From contig JBMDXB010000112.1 of assembly GCA_048594885.1 (NCBI GenBank), positions 150,088 through 214,087 on the forward strand: 64,000 nt of DNA, read 5' to 3'. The notes under the pieces are model-generated. The model searched no databases and was not told the DNA's origin. It saw only the letters and a list, made by a program, of their open reading frames with translations. Both the position numbers and the translations under genes were made by a program. Positions 20,406-30,252 of the stretch are shown one piece after another. Numbering within the stretch: the stretch's first letter is position 1; each line of letters begins with the position of its first letter. The DNA is from Vicinamibacterales bacterium. Lineage in GTDB: Bacteria > Acidobacteriota > Vicinamibacteria > Vicinamibacterales > 2-12-FULL-66-21.

Positions 20406-21673
20406 CACCGCGCCTCTTGCACGCGTACTCGCTGTCCCGGCTCCAGCACCCGCGCCGTAGATAACGCCACGACGTCGGCTTCCGACAGACCAGACGCGAT
20501 CTCCGATTGGCCTTCGCCGGCGATGCCGAGGCTGACGTCGCGGCGTACGACTCTGCCGGTGTCTACCACGAACACCCACGGCGCCGCCGACGCGGCGTCG
20601 CGGATCGCGTCGGTCGGCACGGTGAGCGCGTTCTTCTTCGACGCGACGGTGAGATCGACCGACACCGTCATGTCGGGCCGCAGGGTGGCCGGCGGGTCAG
20701 GCACTCGGAGCCGCACTTCGATGCTGCCGCGGCGCCGATCAACGGCGGGCGCGATGTACGTGATCTCCGCGTCGAATACTCGATCCGGGTACGCATCCGC
20801 CGATGCTTTTCCCGCCTGGCCCACGCGGAGCCACGCCAGGTTCCGTTCGTCCGGTTCGATGACGATCTCCGTCTCACCATCGCCGGCGAGATCGAACAGG
20901 GTGTCACCGACGCGCACGATGTCGCCGCGCTCGACCAGCCGACTGAGGACAACCCCTGCCTGGGCGGCCACGACGCGCGTCTGGGCGAGGCGAACCTGCG
21001 CCGCGGCCAGCCGCGCCTCGCTCTCGCGCAACGCGCTCTCGGCGACACGTGCGTCGGGTCCCTGCGCCGCCGCTCCCTGTTGCTGCGCACGAGCCGAACT
21101 CCTCGCTGCGGCGGCGACCTCGAGCGCGCGCCGGGCGTCCTCGACGTCGCGTCCGGCGACCACTCCGGCCTTCGCGAGCGCTTCGATACGAGTCAGCTCC
21201 GATTCCGCGCGGCCGTAGTTTGCCTCTGCCTCGCGCAGCCGTTCACCGGCCACGACCGCGCTGACCTCGCGCAACTGTTCGACACGACTTCGGGCCTGTG
21301 CGGCGGCGGCACGTGCTTCCACCACCGCCGATCGTGCTTCCTGGTCGTCAATCCGGGCGAGGAGATCGCCCGGCCGCACACGGTGTCCTTCCCGAACCGC
21401 CACCTGCGTCACGCGGCCTGCCACCTGCGCCGTCAGCTGCACGCGGGTGACCACGCGCACGCGGCCACTGGCCACCAGGTGCTGCTGAATGTCGGAGCGG
21501 GTGACGACGGCTACCTGCACATGCGGACCCCGCGCCTGAAAGACGGCTAGCAGGCCCGCCGCGAGCAGCACGACGACCGTAATCCAGACGCCGGGCCGGC
21601 GGGCGAATGCCGAAACCACGCCCACGTCCGCGGCGGTACGAAGGGCATCCGCATCCGCGCTCATTCGTCCCAT
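20405..21673 (-). CDS. Efflux periplasmic adaptor subunit (HlyD/MacA family)
   Basis: N-terminal TM anchor, a long A/R/E-rich coiled-coil hairpin, and beta-barrel/MP-domain blocks (GDLLARID, VLSRLVERGDIV, LTVP). It forms a three-gene operon with the permease and ATPase. Confidence 0.85.
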   Translation of the reverse strand: MGRMSADADALRTAADVGVVSAFARRPGVWITVVVLLAAGLLAVFQARGPHVQVAVVTRSDIQQHLVASGRVRVVTRVQLTAQVAGRVTQVAVREGHRVRPGDLLARIDDQEARSAVVEARAAAAQARSRVEQLREVSAVVAGERLREAEANYGRAESELTRIEALAKAGVVAGRDVEDARRALEVAAAARSSARAQQQGAAAQGPDARVAESALRESEARLAAAQVRLAQTRVVAAQAGVVLSRLVERGDIVRVGDTLFDLAGDGETEIVIEPDERNLAWLRVGQAGKASADAYPDRVFDAEITYIAPAVDRRRGSIEVRLRVPDPPATLRPDMTVSVDLTVASKKNALTVPTDAIRDAASAAPWVFVVDTGRVVRRDVSLGIAGEGQSEIASGLSEADVVALSTARVLEPGQRVRVQEAR

Positions 21674-21845
21674 TATGAGACTGTCCGCGCGACAACGACG
21701 CGCCGCACGGTTGTCTTGAAGTCTGGGACGCGGGACATTGGTATCGTTGACCGTGCGGGTGGTGTGGTGACAGCTTCTGGTTGACCGGATCGTCTACTCG
21801 TATGGAGGCCGGCTGCGCACGCTGAACCGGCACCGAGCTGGCAGT

Positions 21846-21965
21846 GTGGCGCAACGCCGCGCGATCGTCCTTGCCGTGGTCCTGAGCGTGACCTTCGTGC
21901 CAGCACCGGCGGCCGAAAGCGACGACATCCCTGGGGAGGATTGCGCCAGCGGTAAGGTCCCCCCT
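21846..21965 (+). pseudogene. Orphan 5' fragment (signal peptide plus ~15 aa) of an OMP gene paralogous to 16974..17492
   Basis: 21855-21962 aligns with 16995-17102 (39 nt identical, the rest roughly 80 percent by eye). It encodes AIVLAVVLSVTFVPAPAAESDDIPGEDCASGKVP. Similarity stops where the convergent DHFR-family gene ends. Confidence 0.5.
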
Positions 21966-21980
21966 CTGCCCCAAGCCGAG

Positions 21981-22562
21981 TCAACGCTCGACGGCGTACT
22001 GAGCCAAGAGCAGGTTCGAGCCGTCGAAAGTGCGGGTATCAAGCAGGCGGAGCGACCCCGGCGGCCGGATCTCGAAAGCGCGCACGCCGTCGCGGACCAC
22101 GCCGGCACCAATCATGAGATGCAGTTCGTCTACCAACCCGTGGCCAAGCAGGTCGTTCCAGAGGACATGGCTGCCGAATATCAGGATCTCTCGACCTGGG
22201 CTCTGTTTGAGTGCCGCGACCTCTGCGTACGCGTTCGCCCGCTTCACGACGCGGGTTGGGCCCCACCCTGCAACTGCCGCGGCCTCCAGGCTGTTCGACA
22301 CCACCATCTTCTCGATGGCGGCGTTGAGACGCGATATTTCGCGCTCGACAGCAGGCTGATTCACGTCCTCGGCAATCGCCGGCCAGTAGGACCGGAACCC
22401 CTCGTACGACTTACGCCCAAGAAGCAGCGTGTCAGCGGCGCGGAGCCGTTCCGCGTTGTACTCGGAGAACCCGCGGTCGAACGGCATCGCCATGACGTCA
22501 CCCCCAGGGCCGGAAAAGAACCCATCGAGCGAGATGATGTTGCAGACAATGAGTTTGCGCAT
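21981..22562 (-). CDS. Dihydrofolate-reductase-family protein (RibD C-terminal domain)
   Basis: MRKLIVCNIISLDGFF...LLLGRKSYEGFRSYWP...EILIFGSHVLWNDLL, typical of this family. Confidence 0.8.
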   Translation of the reverse strand: MRKLIVCNIISLDGFFSGPGGDVMAMPFDRGFSEYNAERLRAADTLLLGRKSYEGFRSYWPAIAEDVNQPAVEREISRLNAAIEKMVVSNSLEAAAVAGWGPTRVVKRANAYAEVAALKQSPGREILIFGSHVLWNDLLGHGLVDELHLMIGAGVVRDGVRAFEIRPPGSLRLLDTRTFDGSNLLLAQYAVER

Positions 22563-22661
22563 GGTCCTGCAAGGTTTCTTTTATCACGGCCGCGCTTGAA
22601 TCTCCCGCCGAGGCCAGCTAGCCTGCGATCAACGAACACGACGAAGCAGAAGGAGGCTATC

Positions 22662-23066
22662 GTGGCGACAACTCAGGAAGTTGTGCAGATCGGCGCGATC
22701 GTTCCCACCTTGACCGTAGACGATTTGCAGAAGAGCATCACCTTTTACGAGGCGCTCGGCTTCGCGATCGACGAGCGGTGGGAAGAAGAGGGGACGTTGC
22801 TCGGCGTGATGCTGCGAGCCGGCAGGACCCAGATCGGCTTGAACCAGGACGATTGGAAGACGGGACGCGACCGCAAGAAGGGAATCGGCGTGCGCTTGTC
22901 CATCTCGACGACGCCGGACAACGTCGACGAGATCGCCAAGCGGGCCAGGAACGCCGGCATCACGCTCGAGTCGGACCCTCATGAGACGGAGTGGAAGAGC
23001 CGCGCGTTCGAGGTCACCGATCCGAGCGGTTTCCTGCTGACGATCTTCTCGGAGACATCCGCATAG
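22662..23066 (+). CDS. VOC-family (glyoxalase/bleomycin-resistance fold) protein
   Basis: GTG start 5 nt after AAGGAGG. Sequence IVPTLTVDDLQKSITFYEALGFAIDERWE...AFEVTDPSGFLLTIF. The 406-aa six-frame ORF is a composite, and only this C-terminal part is protein-like. Confidence 0.75.
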   Translation: MATTQEVVQIGAIVPTLTVDDLQKSITFYEALGFAIDERWEEEGTLLGVMLRAGRTQIGLNQDDWKTGRDRKKGIGVRLSISTTPDNVDEIAKRARNAGITLESDPHETEWKSRAFEVTDPSGFLLTIFSETSA

Positions 23067-23154
23067 GCCGGACACGCGGGCAGAGACACCGCGCGGAACG
23101 GAGAGATGGCGACCCGGAGCCTGTTCCACGTGTTTTCGTGCTACACTAGTTTTC

Positions 23155-23400
23155 GTGGCAGGCAATCAAAACATCACTCTGAGCGTGCCCAGGGAGTTGC
23201 TGAAGCGGGTCAAGCGTGTGGCGGCCGATCGTGACACGTCGGTGTCGGCTCTCATGACTGAGGCACTGGACCGGCTCGCGGACGAGGACCGCCGCTATTC
23301 TGCCGCCCGGAAACGCGCGTTGGCGGCGTTGAAATCGGCGCGCTCACTGGGCACTCAGGGACGCCGAACGTGGTCTCGCGACGAACTGCATGAACGCTGA
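23155..23400 (+). CDS. vapB: Ribbon-helix-helix antitoxin (VapB-like)
   Basis: RHH pattern ITLSVPRELLKRVKRVAADRDTSVSALMTEALDRL. It overlaps the PIN gene by 11 nt. Confidence 0.7.
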   Translation: MAGNQNITLSVPRELLKRVKRVAADRDTSVSALMTEALDRLADEDRRYSAARKRALAALKSARSLGTQGRRTWSRDELHER

Positions 23401-23827
23401 GCCGCAACGCGAGTTCGTCGACGCGAACGTTCTCGTCTACGCGTTCGATTCCTCGGCCGGCCGGAAACAGGAAACGGCGCGAGCGCTTCTCGAAAGGCTG
23501 TGGGAGAGCAACACCGGGTGCGTCAGCATCCAGGTACTGCAGGAGTTCTTTGTCACAATCACGAAGAAAGTCGCCAAGCCGGTGCCGGTCGACGATGCGT
23601 CGGCGCGTATTCGTGAGTTCGCGAGATGGCGAGTCTTCGCCCCAAACGCGGACGATGTCCTTGACGCCATCGGGATTCACACGCAGGCGAAAATCGGATT
23701 CCGGGACGCGATGATTGTGCTCGCGGCAGCGGAATCGGGATGCGATGTGCTCTGGACGGAAGACCTGGCTGACGGTCAGACACTACGCGGTGTCCGCATT
23801 CGGAATCCGTTCGGCGGTCGCGAATAG
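23390..23827 (+). CDS. vapC: PIN-domain ribonuclease toxin (VapC)
   Basis: FVDANVLVYAFD (first acidic residue), LQEF, a mid-protein D, and the C-terminal WTEDL. 145 aa. Confidence 0.85.
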   Translation: MNAEPQREFVDANVLVYAFDSSAGRKQETARALLERLWESNTGCVSIQVLQEFFVTITKKVAKPVPVDDASARIREFARWRVFAPNADDVLDAIGIHTQAKIGFRDAMIVLAAAESGCDVLWTEDLADGQTLRGVRIRNPFGGRE

Positions 23828-24007
23828 CGGAGCCCGGGTTCCCGGTTCGCGGCCGCTTTCACGCCAGCCCGAAGTTCCTGCGCGACGATCACGCTCAGAT
23901 ACTCGAACGGCGAGACGCCGGTCCAGGGCGATTCGAGGCGGCGGAAATTGGACGCTTGCCGCTACATTTGCGCCGAACAAGGGACCCGGCTGAATGTGGC
24001 TCGCCCG

Positions 24008-24033
24008 CTGGACGATTTGCGCAACTGGCTCAT
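24008..24033 (+). repeat. Dispersed repeat copy B (truncated, abuts the ADOP stop codon)
   Basis: CTGGACGATTTGCGCAACTGGCTCAT, then the sequence diverges into the convergent permease stop codon (24036). Confidence 0.6.
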
Positions 24034-24035
24034 GG

Positions 24036-26498
24036 TTACTCCTGACGCAGCGCTTCGATCGGCGCTACCCTCGACGCGCGGAACGCCGGCAGCCATGACG
24101 AGGCGAGCACCGTGGCAAGCAGTATCGCTGCGGCGATCACCAGCGTGCGTGGATCACCCGGGCCGATTCCGTAGAGCTGCGCCCGGACGACCCGTGCAGC
24201 AACCCACGCGCACAAAGCGCCAATGAGCACCCCGGGGACCGCAATCGCCAAGCCGTCGCGCACGATCATCCAGACGACGGTCGGTCGCGTGGCGCCGAGG
24301 GCCACGCGCACGCCGATTTCCCGCGTTCGCGCCGTCACGGAGTACGCGAGCAGCCCGTACACGCCTATGCAGGCCAGAAGGACGGTGAGCGCCGCCGCGA
24401 ATGTGGCCAGGCCCGCGGTGAAGCGCTCCTGAAGGAGCGCAGCGTCGACCCATTCCGACGACGTGATGAACGCGCGCAGCGACCGGTGGCCGAGCGACTT
24501 GATCACGCGCATGTAGCCGTCGCGCACCGTCGCGAGGTCGCCGCTCGCCCGGACGTACGCCATCGGGAACTGCGTCCGCGCCGTCTCCTGCATGATCGGA
24601 CGGAAGACGACGAGGGGCCGCGGGTCGTCCAGCTTGACGTATGGCGCATCGCCGACGACGCCGATCACTTCGACATCCCGACCATCGGGTCCGGCAATTC
24701 GGATGTGCTGGCCGATCTCGTTGCCTGCCGGGAACACCGCGCGAGCCAGCGACGCCGAGATCAGCGCGACGGCGGGTGTCCCCGGGCCGTCGTCCCACGA
24801 GATGTCGCGGCCCTTCAGGAGACGGAATCGAAACAGATCGAAGAAGCCGGGCGACACGAAGTCCGTCAGCACCGTGCCGTCGAGCGGCGTGACGCCGTCC
24901 GCCCGCGTATAGTGATAGTCCGTCGGGACCGCCACCTTGAGGCCGAAGTACGTCGGGTAATACACCGACAGCGCAGCCGCATCGGCGCCCGGCATGCGGG
25001 CGAGCTCGGTGACGAGCGCCTGGTAGTACCCGGGAGGCAACAGCTGCCGATCTCGGGGTTCACGGAACGCGCGGGCGAAGACGATGCGCTGCGACTGCAG
25101 CGAGGTATCGTTCGCGCGCAAGCGAGCGAGCGTCGTCGTGAAGAATCCGGCGCTGACGAGCAGCGTCATCGTCAGCGCGATCTGTGCGACGAGCAAGCCG
25201 CGCCCGAACGGTCCCAACGAGCCGATCACGGTTCGGCGGGGACGCAGGCCTTCGTCGACACGCACCGCGACCGACTGCCACGCGGACACGACGCCAATCG
25301 CGAGGCCGATGCCGATGGTGAGCAGCGCCGTCGCGGCGATCACGCCGGCGTCGGGCGTTACTGGCGGAAGCCTCGCAGGTCCGCGGGGGCTCACCAGCGC
25401 TGCCGTCACGACCCGAATGATTCCAAACGCGAGTGGAAGCGCACCTGCGAACGCCACCGCGGACAGCAGAATCCCGTCGACCAGCAGCTGCCAGAACATG
25501 CGCGGTGCGCTTGCACCGAGGGCGAGACGAATCGCGACCTGGTGGCGCCGCTGCAGCGACCGCGCCAGCGTCAGACCCGCAAGGTTGGCGCAGGCGACCG
25601 CCAGCAGAATCCCCGTCAGCGCGAGAAGCATCCAGAGCGTGGTGCCGTACCGGGCGCGCAGGTCGGAAAAACCTGAAGCGAGGGGCTCAACGCTCAGCCG
25701 CTGACGGAGCAGCGCCTGCCGTTCGGCGCCGGGGAGTGCCGCCGGCAGCGTCGCCGCCTGCACGGACGGCCATCGGGCGAGCAGTTCCGCACGGGCGCCG
25801 TCGATGGACACGCCGCGGGCAAGACGGCCGACCACCTGTTTCGATCGCAACGGCCCGGACCCGACGCCGCCGCCGGCCGCGCGCATCACCGCAAACGGCA
25901 CGATGATGTCGGCCCCCCGGTCGACGTGCAGACCGCCGAAACCGTCCGCCGCGACGCCGATGACCGTCACCGGTACCGTGTCGACCTTGATGACCTGGCC
26001 GACGGCCGACGCATTACCGAAGATTCGCCGGCGGTAGGCCTCGCTGATCACCACGACGGCATCATCTGATTCGCTGAAGAACCGTCCGGCCGATGGTCGC
26101 GCGCCGACCATGTCGAAGTAGCTGGAGGAGACGGCTTCCGTCACGGCGTCCTCGAACACACCGGAACGCACTCCGGGGACCTCGACGCGCCGGATGGCTC
26201 CGCCGGCGTACATCGACATCTGGGCAAAGGAGCGCTGGGACGCGCGGTAGGCGTTGACGGTGTCGGCGTAGAAGTAGCCGTCCACACTCGCCCCGGGCTC
26301 GAAGGCCGACAGGGCCACGAGCTGCCCGGGGTTGGGAACCGTGAGTGTGCGCAGTACGAGCGCCTCGAGCAGACTGCCCACTGCGGCGGTCGCGCCAACG
26401 GCCAGCGTCAGCGTGGCGATGACGACCAATGAGAAAGCCGGAGCCCGTCGCAGGCTGCGGAAGGAATACCGGACGTCAAGGCGTAGCGCGTCCCACAT
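24036..26498 (-). CDS. ADOP-family MacB-like/FtsX permease (second copy, no adjacent PadR)
   Basis: 820 aa with a duplicated periplasmic-domain plus FtsX module (RRHQVAIRLALGASAPRMFWQLL and RTREIGVRVALGATRPTVVWMIV). It lacks the N-terminal helical extension of the first copy. Confidence 0.85.
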   Translation of the reverse strand: MWDALRLDVRYSFRSLRRAPAFSLVVIATLTLAVGATAAVGSLLEALVLRTLTVPNPGQLVALSAFEPGASVDGYFYADTVNAYRASQRSFAQMSMYAGGAIRRVEVPGVRSGVFEDAVTEAVSSSYFDMVGARPSAGRFFSESDDAVVVISEAYRRRIFGNASAVGQVIKVDTVPVTVIGVAADGFGGLHVDRGADIIVPFAVMRAAGGGVGSGPLRSKQVVGRLARGVSIDGARAELLARWPSVQAATLPAALPGAERQALLRQRLSVEPLASGFSDLRARYGTTLWMLLALTGILLAVACANLAGLTLARSLQRRHQVAIRLALGASAPRMFWQLLVDGILLSAVAFAGALPLAFGIIRVVTAALVSPRGPARLPPVTPDAGVIAATALLTIGIGLAIGVVSAWQSVAVRVDEGLRPRRTVIGSLGPFGRGLLVAQIALTMTLLVSAGFFTTTLARLRANDTSLQSQRIVFARAFREPRDRQLLPPGYYQALVTELARMPGADAAALSVYYPTYFGLKVAVPTDYHYTRADGVTPLDGTVLTDFVSPGFFDLFRFRLLKGRDISWDDGPGTPAVALISASLARAVFPAGNEIGQHIRIAGPDGRDVEVIGVVGDAPYVKLDDPRPLVVFRPIMQETARTQFPMAYVRASGDLATVRDGYMRVIKSLGHRSLRAFITSSEWVDAALLQERFTAGLATFAAALTVLLACIGVYGLLAYSVTARTREIGVRVALGATRPTVVWMIVRDGLAIAVPGVLIGALCAWVAARVVRAQLYGIGPGDPRTLVIAAAILLATVLASSWLPAFRASRVAPIEALRQE

Positions 26499-26783
26499 GC
26501 GCGAAGTCTAGCGCAGACTGTCCGCGGGGTGCGGACGTGAGAAACGAGTTGAGCGGTTTGCTCAGTCCCGACGGCCAGACATTGCCCCGCACCAAGAACT
26601 GAGCCTCCGGGTGCTCGTGAAGGAGCAGGGCGCCTGGCGAATCACCGCGTGTCACAACACAATACTCCAACAGTCGCTTCGACATTCTCGTCATCGGCCA
26701 TGCTGTCGGGAGCCGCACCGTGTCGGCGAAGAAGGCGTAGAGTTCGCTCGGATCCGCCGTGCGGATCACAATGTGACAACTCT

Positions 26784-26813
26784 CACAACTGGCTCATCCG
26801 TAATGCTGCCTGA
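26784..26813 (+). repeat. Dispersed repeat copy D (encodes ...HNWLIRNAA-stop)
   Basis: CACAACTGGCTCATCCGTAATGCTGCCTGA. The following CCTGAACGGTTCGAA also recurs after copy A (18463-18477). Confidence 0.6.
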
Positions 26814-26858
26814 ACGGTTCGAATTGCCGTGAAGCCTCCGTCGGGGTGATACAACTCT

Positions 26859-28448
26859 GTGCGTCGTGACAAACTGGCGGCAACCCGTGTGATGGTGCAT
26901 CAACGCGACCAGACGATTGACGCGTCCAGGGATCTCATTTCAGCGCAAGACGTATGGTCACGAAGGTCGTTCATCAAACTGGGCGGGGTCCTGATTCTGA
27001 ATGCCCACCTCACTGAACAGGTCGTGGCCAATCAGCGAACGGTCTCCAGGAAGGAACGAAGTACTGACCTCACGGCGCTGAGTATCGGCGAAGCCAGCGA
27101 CCTGGTTCGTCGAAAGGCGATCTCTCCCGTTGCGTTGACGCGCGCCTGTCTGCAGCGCATCGAGCGGCTGAATGGCGCGCTGAACGCATTTATCACCGTG
27201 ACGCCAGAGCAGGCTTTGGCGCAAGCGCGTGAAAGCGAAGCGGACGTGCGGCGCGGCAGGTGGCGCGGCCCGCTTCACGGCATCCCAGTCGGACTCAAGG
27301 ACAATATCGATACGGCAGGCGTAAGGACCACTCTGGCCAGCGCGGTCTTCAAAGACCACGTTCCCTCCGCAGACGCCGAGGTCGTACGCCGACTGAAAGC
27401 GGCAGGAGCTGTCCTCCTCGGCAAGCAGAACTTGCATGAAGTTGCCTTCGGCACCACGGCGGCCGTCAGCCACTTTGGTCCCGTCCGGAACCCTTGGAAC
27501 CACGATCGAATCGCCGGTGGCTCGTCGGGCGGATCCGCCGCAGCCGTCGCTGCCGGCCTCTGTTTCGGAGCGGTCGGCACAGACGCTGGCGGATCGATCC
27601 GCGTGCCCTCGGCCTATTGCGGAATCGTCGGCCTCAAGCCGACCTACGGACTGGTTGGCATGCGCGGCGGAGGGGAAGCCGGCTGGTGGTCGATGAATCA
27701 CGTCGGGCCCATGTGCCGCACTGCAGCGGACGCCGCGCTTATGCTCTCCGCGATCGCCGGCTACGACCCGCGCGACAGCACCAGCGTTGAGGCGCCTGTG
27801 CCGAACTACACGGCGGCACTGCGGGCCAGAGTCTCGGTGCTACGGCTGGGCGTACCGCGTGCGGTCTTCTACGACAAGCTCGACCCGGAGATCGAGGCGG
27901 CGGTAAACGCAGCGCTGGGACTCCTTCGCAGACTGACGGCCGGATTCCGAGAAGTCAGCCTGCAGCCGATCTCAGACACGTTGGCGCCGAACATCGTGCT
28001 TGCTGAAAACTACGCTTTCCACGCACCCTACTTCGCGAAGACGCCGCAGCTCTATGACGCCGCGATCGGCCGGAATCTGCGGCAAGGCTCGGAAGTGACT
28101 ACGGCGGCTTACATCCAGTCGCGTCGTGAACTTGACGAGGCGCGCCGGGCGATCGGCGCGGTATTCTCAAACGTCGATCTACTGGTCACGCCGACGACGG
28201 CCGTGCCGCCGGCTACCATCGAAGAGGCGGTGCGGCTCGGGATTGAATTGGAGCTGATCCGCAACACGGCACCGTTCAATACATACGGTCTTCCGACCAT
28301 TTCAATCCCGTGCGGATTCACCACGTCTGGTCTGCCTATTGGCATCCAGATCAGCGGGCCGCGCTTCGGGGAGTCGAAGGTGCTGGCGCTCGCGCACGCT
28401 TACGAGCAAGCGACGGACTGGCACACGAGACGGTCACCGCTGGTCTAG
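26859..28448 (+). CDS. Amidase (amidase-signature family), probably exported
   Basis: GGSSGGSAAAVAAG, GTDAGGSIRVPSAYCGIVGLKPT, VGLKDNID, and an N-terminal twin-arginine-like SRRSFIKLGGVLIL. The exact start is uncertain. Confidence 0.85.
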   Translation: MRRDKLAATRVMVHQRDQTIDASRDLISAQDVWSRRSFIKLGGVLILNAHLTEQVVANQRTVSRKERSTDLTALSIGEASDLVRRKAISPVALTRACLQRIERLNGALNAFITVTPEQALAQARESEADVRRGRWRGPLHGIPVGLKDNIDTAGVRTTLASAVFKDHVPSADAEVVRRLKAAGAVLLGKQNLHEVAFGTTAAVSHFGPVRNPWNHDRIAGGSSGGSAAAVAAGLCFGAVGTDAGGSIRVPSAYCGIVGLKPTYGLVGMRGGGEAGWWSMNHVGPMCRTAADAALMLSAIAGYDPRDSTSVEAPVPNYTAALRARVSVLRLGVPRAVFYDKLDPEIEAAVNAALGLLRRLTAGFREVSLQPISDTLAPNIVLAENYAFHAPYFAKTPQLYDAAIGRNLRQGSEVTTAAYIQSRRELDEARRAIGAVFSNVDLLVTPTTAVPPATIEEAVRLGIELELIRNTAPFNTYGLPTISIPCGFTTSGLPIGIQISGPRFGESKVLALAHAYEQATDWHTRRSPLV

Positions 28449-29506
28449 CGAGTTCATGGTTTCCACAGCGAAAAACAGCAAGTCGACATCGAGCCTGGCC
28501 GCGCGCAAGAGCTGCTGTGCAGCATCCTGCCCGATGTGCGGCGCGAGTCGCAGGAATGGACATTCATCTGACCCGCAGGTCACGTCCATCGATAGCCCGT
28601 CGGTACGCAGATCGCGCAAACGTTGCGTAATCGGGCGCATCGCGTTGCGCAGATCGTTTCGACCGTTCACCTACCACCCGCGAGGACGTCCCGCGCCGTA
28701 GTCGATCACTACGCCTGTGCCGTTGTCCTGCGCGTCCGTTCCGAGATCCCATGAGTCGAGGTGGACACCAACAAGCACCCTTTCATGCGGCAACTCGCGA
28801 CGGTGATCTGCGCGACGACGTTGCTCACCTGGATCGGCCCTGACACCTCGTTCTGCTATTCCGTTTCGATAATGACAGGCCCCCGCGCGAGATAACGGCG
28901 CAGCAGCAGGTAATCTTCACACCCGATGTCTCGACTGGCAGTGGGAGGATGGTACCGCGTGCGTTTCCTGTGTCGCCAAGAGCCTTGAATAAAGCATACG
29001 AATCGCGGAACCGCGCGAACGCGAGAGGCTGATCGGATGGCGGGGCCTTTTCGATATCAACGAGAACGATTCGATCCTTGAAACGCGCGCCTTGCGATCG
29101 AAGCGTCGCTTGAGAGAGATCGGAGATCACAACGACGTCGCCGCGGATTCCCCCCGGCGGAGTGGACGGGCTCCATCCTACTGATCCAACTCTCAGTGTG
29201 CGCGCGACTGGTGCGACGACTCGCGCGCGGGCGGGCCCGCGTCGCCAGCCATTCGGCAATACAAACTCTTCAAAGCGGATGTTTCTGAGGCCGGCTTCGC
29301 GGAACCTCGCGGCCGTCCATTGCGCGGCTCGCTCGTAATACGGGCGAACCGACCACGCGGGGGCCGATGTCGTCGGTGAGCTGCCGAAGCAGTTCCATCG
29401 AATCGCCACTCAGTACGGTAGCCGAGATTCGATTCAGATCGCTCTTGGGATTCCTGTCCTGCTGCCCCTGCACCAGTGGCGGCGAGCCACCAAGGCCAAT
29501 GCGCAC
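28434..29506 (-). pseudogene. M28-family (PA-domain) aminopeptidase, disrupted by several frameshifts
   Basis: Family-like pieces lie in three frames. These are ISATVLSGDSMELLRQLTDDIGPRVVGSP; YYERAAQWTAARFREAGLRNIRFEEF...GDVVVISD...DRIVLVD; VSNVVAQI; HERVLVGVHLDSWDLGTDAQDNGTG (read by hand around 28700-28790); and a C-terminal GSDECPF-like stretch. Confidence 0.6.
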
Positions 29507-29685
29507 TTTAGACCAGATTTTGCCAGCATCTGAGCGCTTCGACGTAAAGCGTAGGCCGCCGCGAAGCAGAACTCAAACGGTGTTGATTGCGCTCTCGAAC
29601 ACGCGCTGCACCGAGAACGTTCGCCAACGGGATCGACGACGGTGAAGTTCTAAGGTTGAAAGTGGCAGGAAAGTATTTTAAGAGG

Positions 29686-29730
29686 TGGCTCCTCGGGCTG
29701 GACTCGAACCAGCAACCCTCCGGTTAACAG
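29686..29730 (-). repeat. Exact 45-nt copy of the 3' part of tRNA-Asn (anticodon loop to CCA): distal att-type repeat
   Basis: TGGCTCCTCGGGCTGGACTCGAACCAGCAACCCTCCGGTTAACAG is identical to 36879-36923 and in the same orientation. The flanking bases differ on both sides. Confidence 0.9.
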
Positions 29731-29927
29731 GTTCGCGCAGGTGTTATTTCTCGAAGGTTCTGCGTCGGTTTAGCTCCTACGGAGAGCCCGCTGTTCCCTG
29801 GTGTTCGGGAGCAAATTGTTCATGAATTGTTCACGGTTGGTCGACAGAGGCGAACGCCGGTGAGGGCGCGGCGGCGTGGCGATGCTCAGCTTGCTCGCGT
29901 GGCGACTGGTCGGGCGCTCAGATCCAT

Positions 29928-29956
29928 TTGTCCGTACGACGTCCGTACGCTAGGAT
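29928..29956 (+). promoter_or_regulatory. Candidate promoter with tandem operator repeats for the DUF1778/GNAT operon
   Basis: TTGTCC-17 nt-TAGGAT. The spacer carries a direct repeat GTCCGTACG (29930-38 and 29941-49), and each copy contains the palindrome CGTACG. It lies 18 nt upstream of the antitoxin ATG. Confidence 0.4.
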
Positions 29957-29973
29957 CAGGCGAGGATTGTCCG

Positions 29974-30252
29974 ATGCCCAGTTCCACGGCCGTGCGCGAT
30001 GACCGGATTGAGCTCCGAGCATCGAGTGAAGAAAAGCGTGTGCTCGCAGCGGCAGCTGCGTACGAACGGCTGGATCTTACGACGTTCGTATTGCGCGCCG
30101 CGTTGCCAGCTGCCGAGGAAGTCGTGGCGCGCCATGAACGGATTACGCTGACGGCGCGCGACAGCGCTCGTGTCCTTGAGCTTCTCGAGCATCCACCGAA
30201 GCCCACCGCGGCCTTGCGTGCAGCGGCGAGGAGACGCCGGAAACGGCGGTGA
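29974..30252 (+). CDS. DUF1778-family RHH antitoxin (TacA-like)
   Basis: RIELRASSEEKRVLAAAAAYERLDLTTFVLRAALPAAEEVV. 92 aa. Its stop overlaps the toxin GTG (GTGA). Confidence 0.8.
   Translation: MPSSTAVRDDRIELRASSEEKRVLAAAAAYERLDLTTFVLRAALPAAEEVVARHERITLTARDSARVLELLEHPPKPTAALRAAARRRRKRR

Noticed and set aside
21966-22661. The middle of the 406-aa ORF 21846..23066, read as one protein.
   Set aside because: It is a composite. The 5' end is the orphan OMP signal-peptide fragment, the middle is antisense to the DHFR-family gene, and only the last 134 aa (VOC protein with its own AAGGAGG-GTG start) are credible.
26590-26665. A SnoaL/DUF4440-like C-terminal fragment on the plus strand (...LRVLVKEQGAWRITACHNT), and the 97-aa minus-strand ORF 26476..26769.
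   Set aside because: Only ~20 aa resemble the family, and the N-terminal ~100 aa would lie inside the ADOP gene. The antisense ORF has no recognisable features. This is too little evidence for a feature; at most it is a gene remnant.
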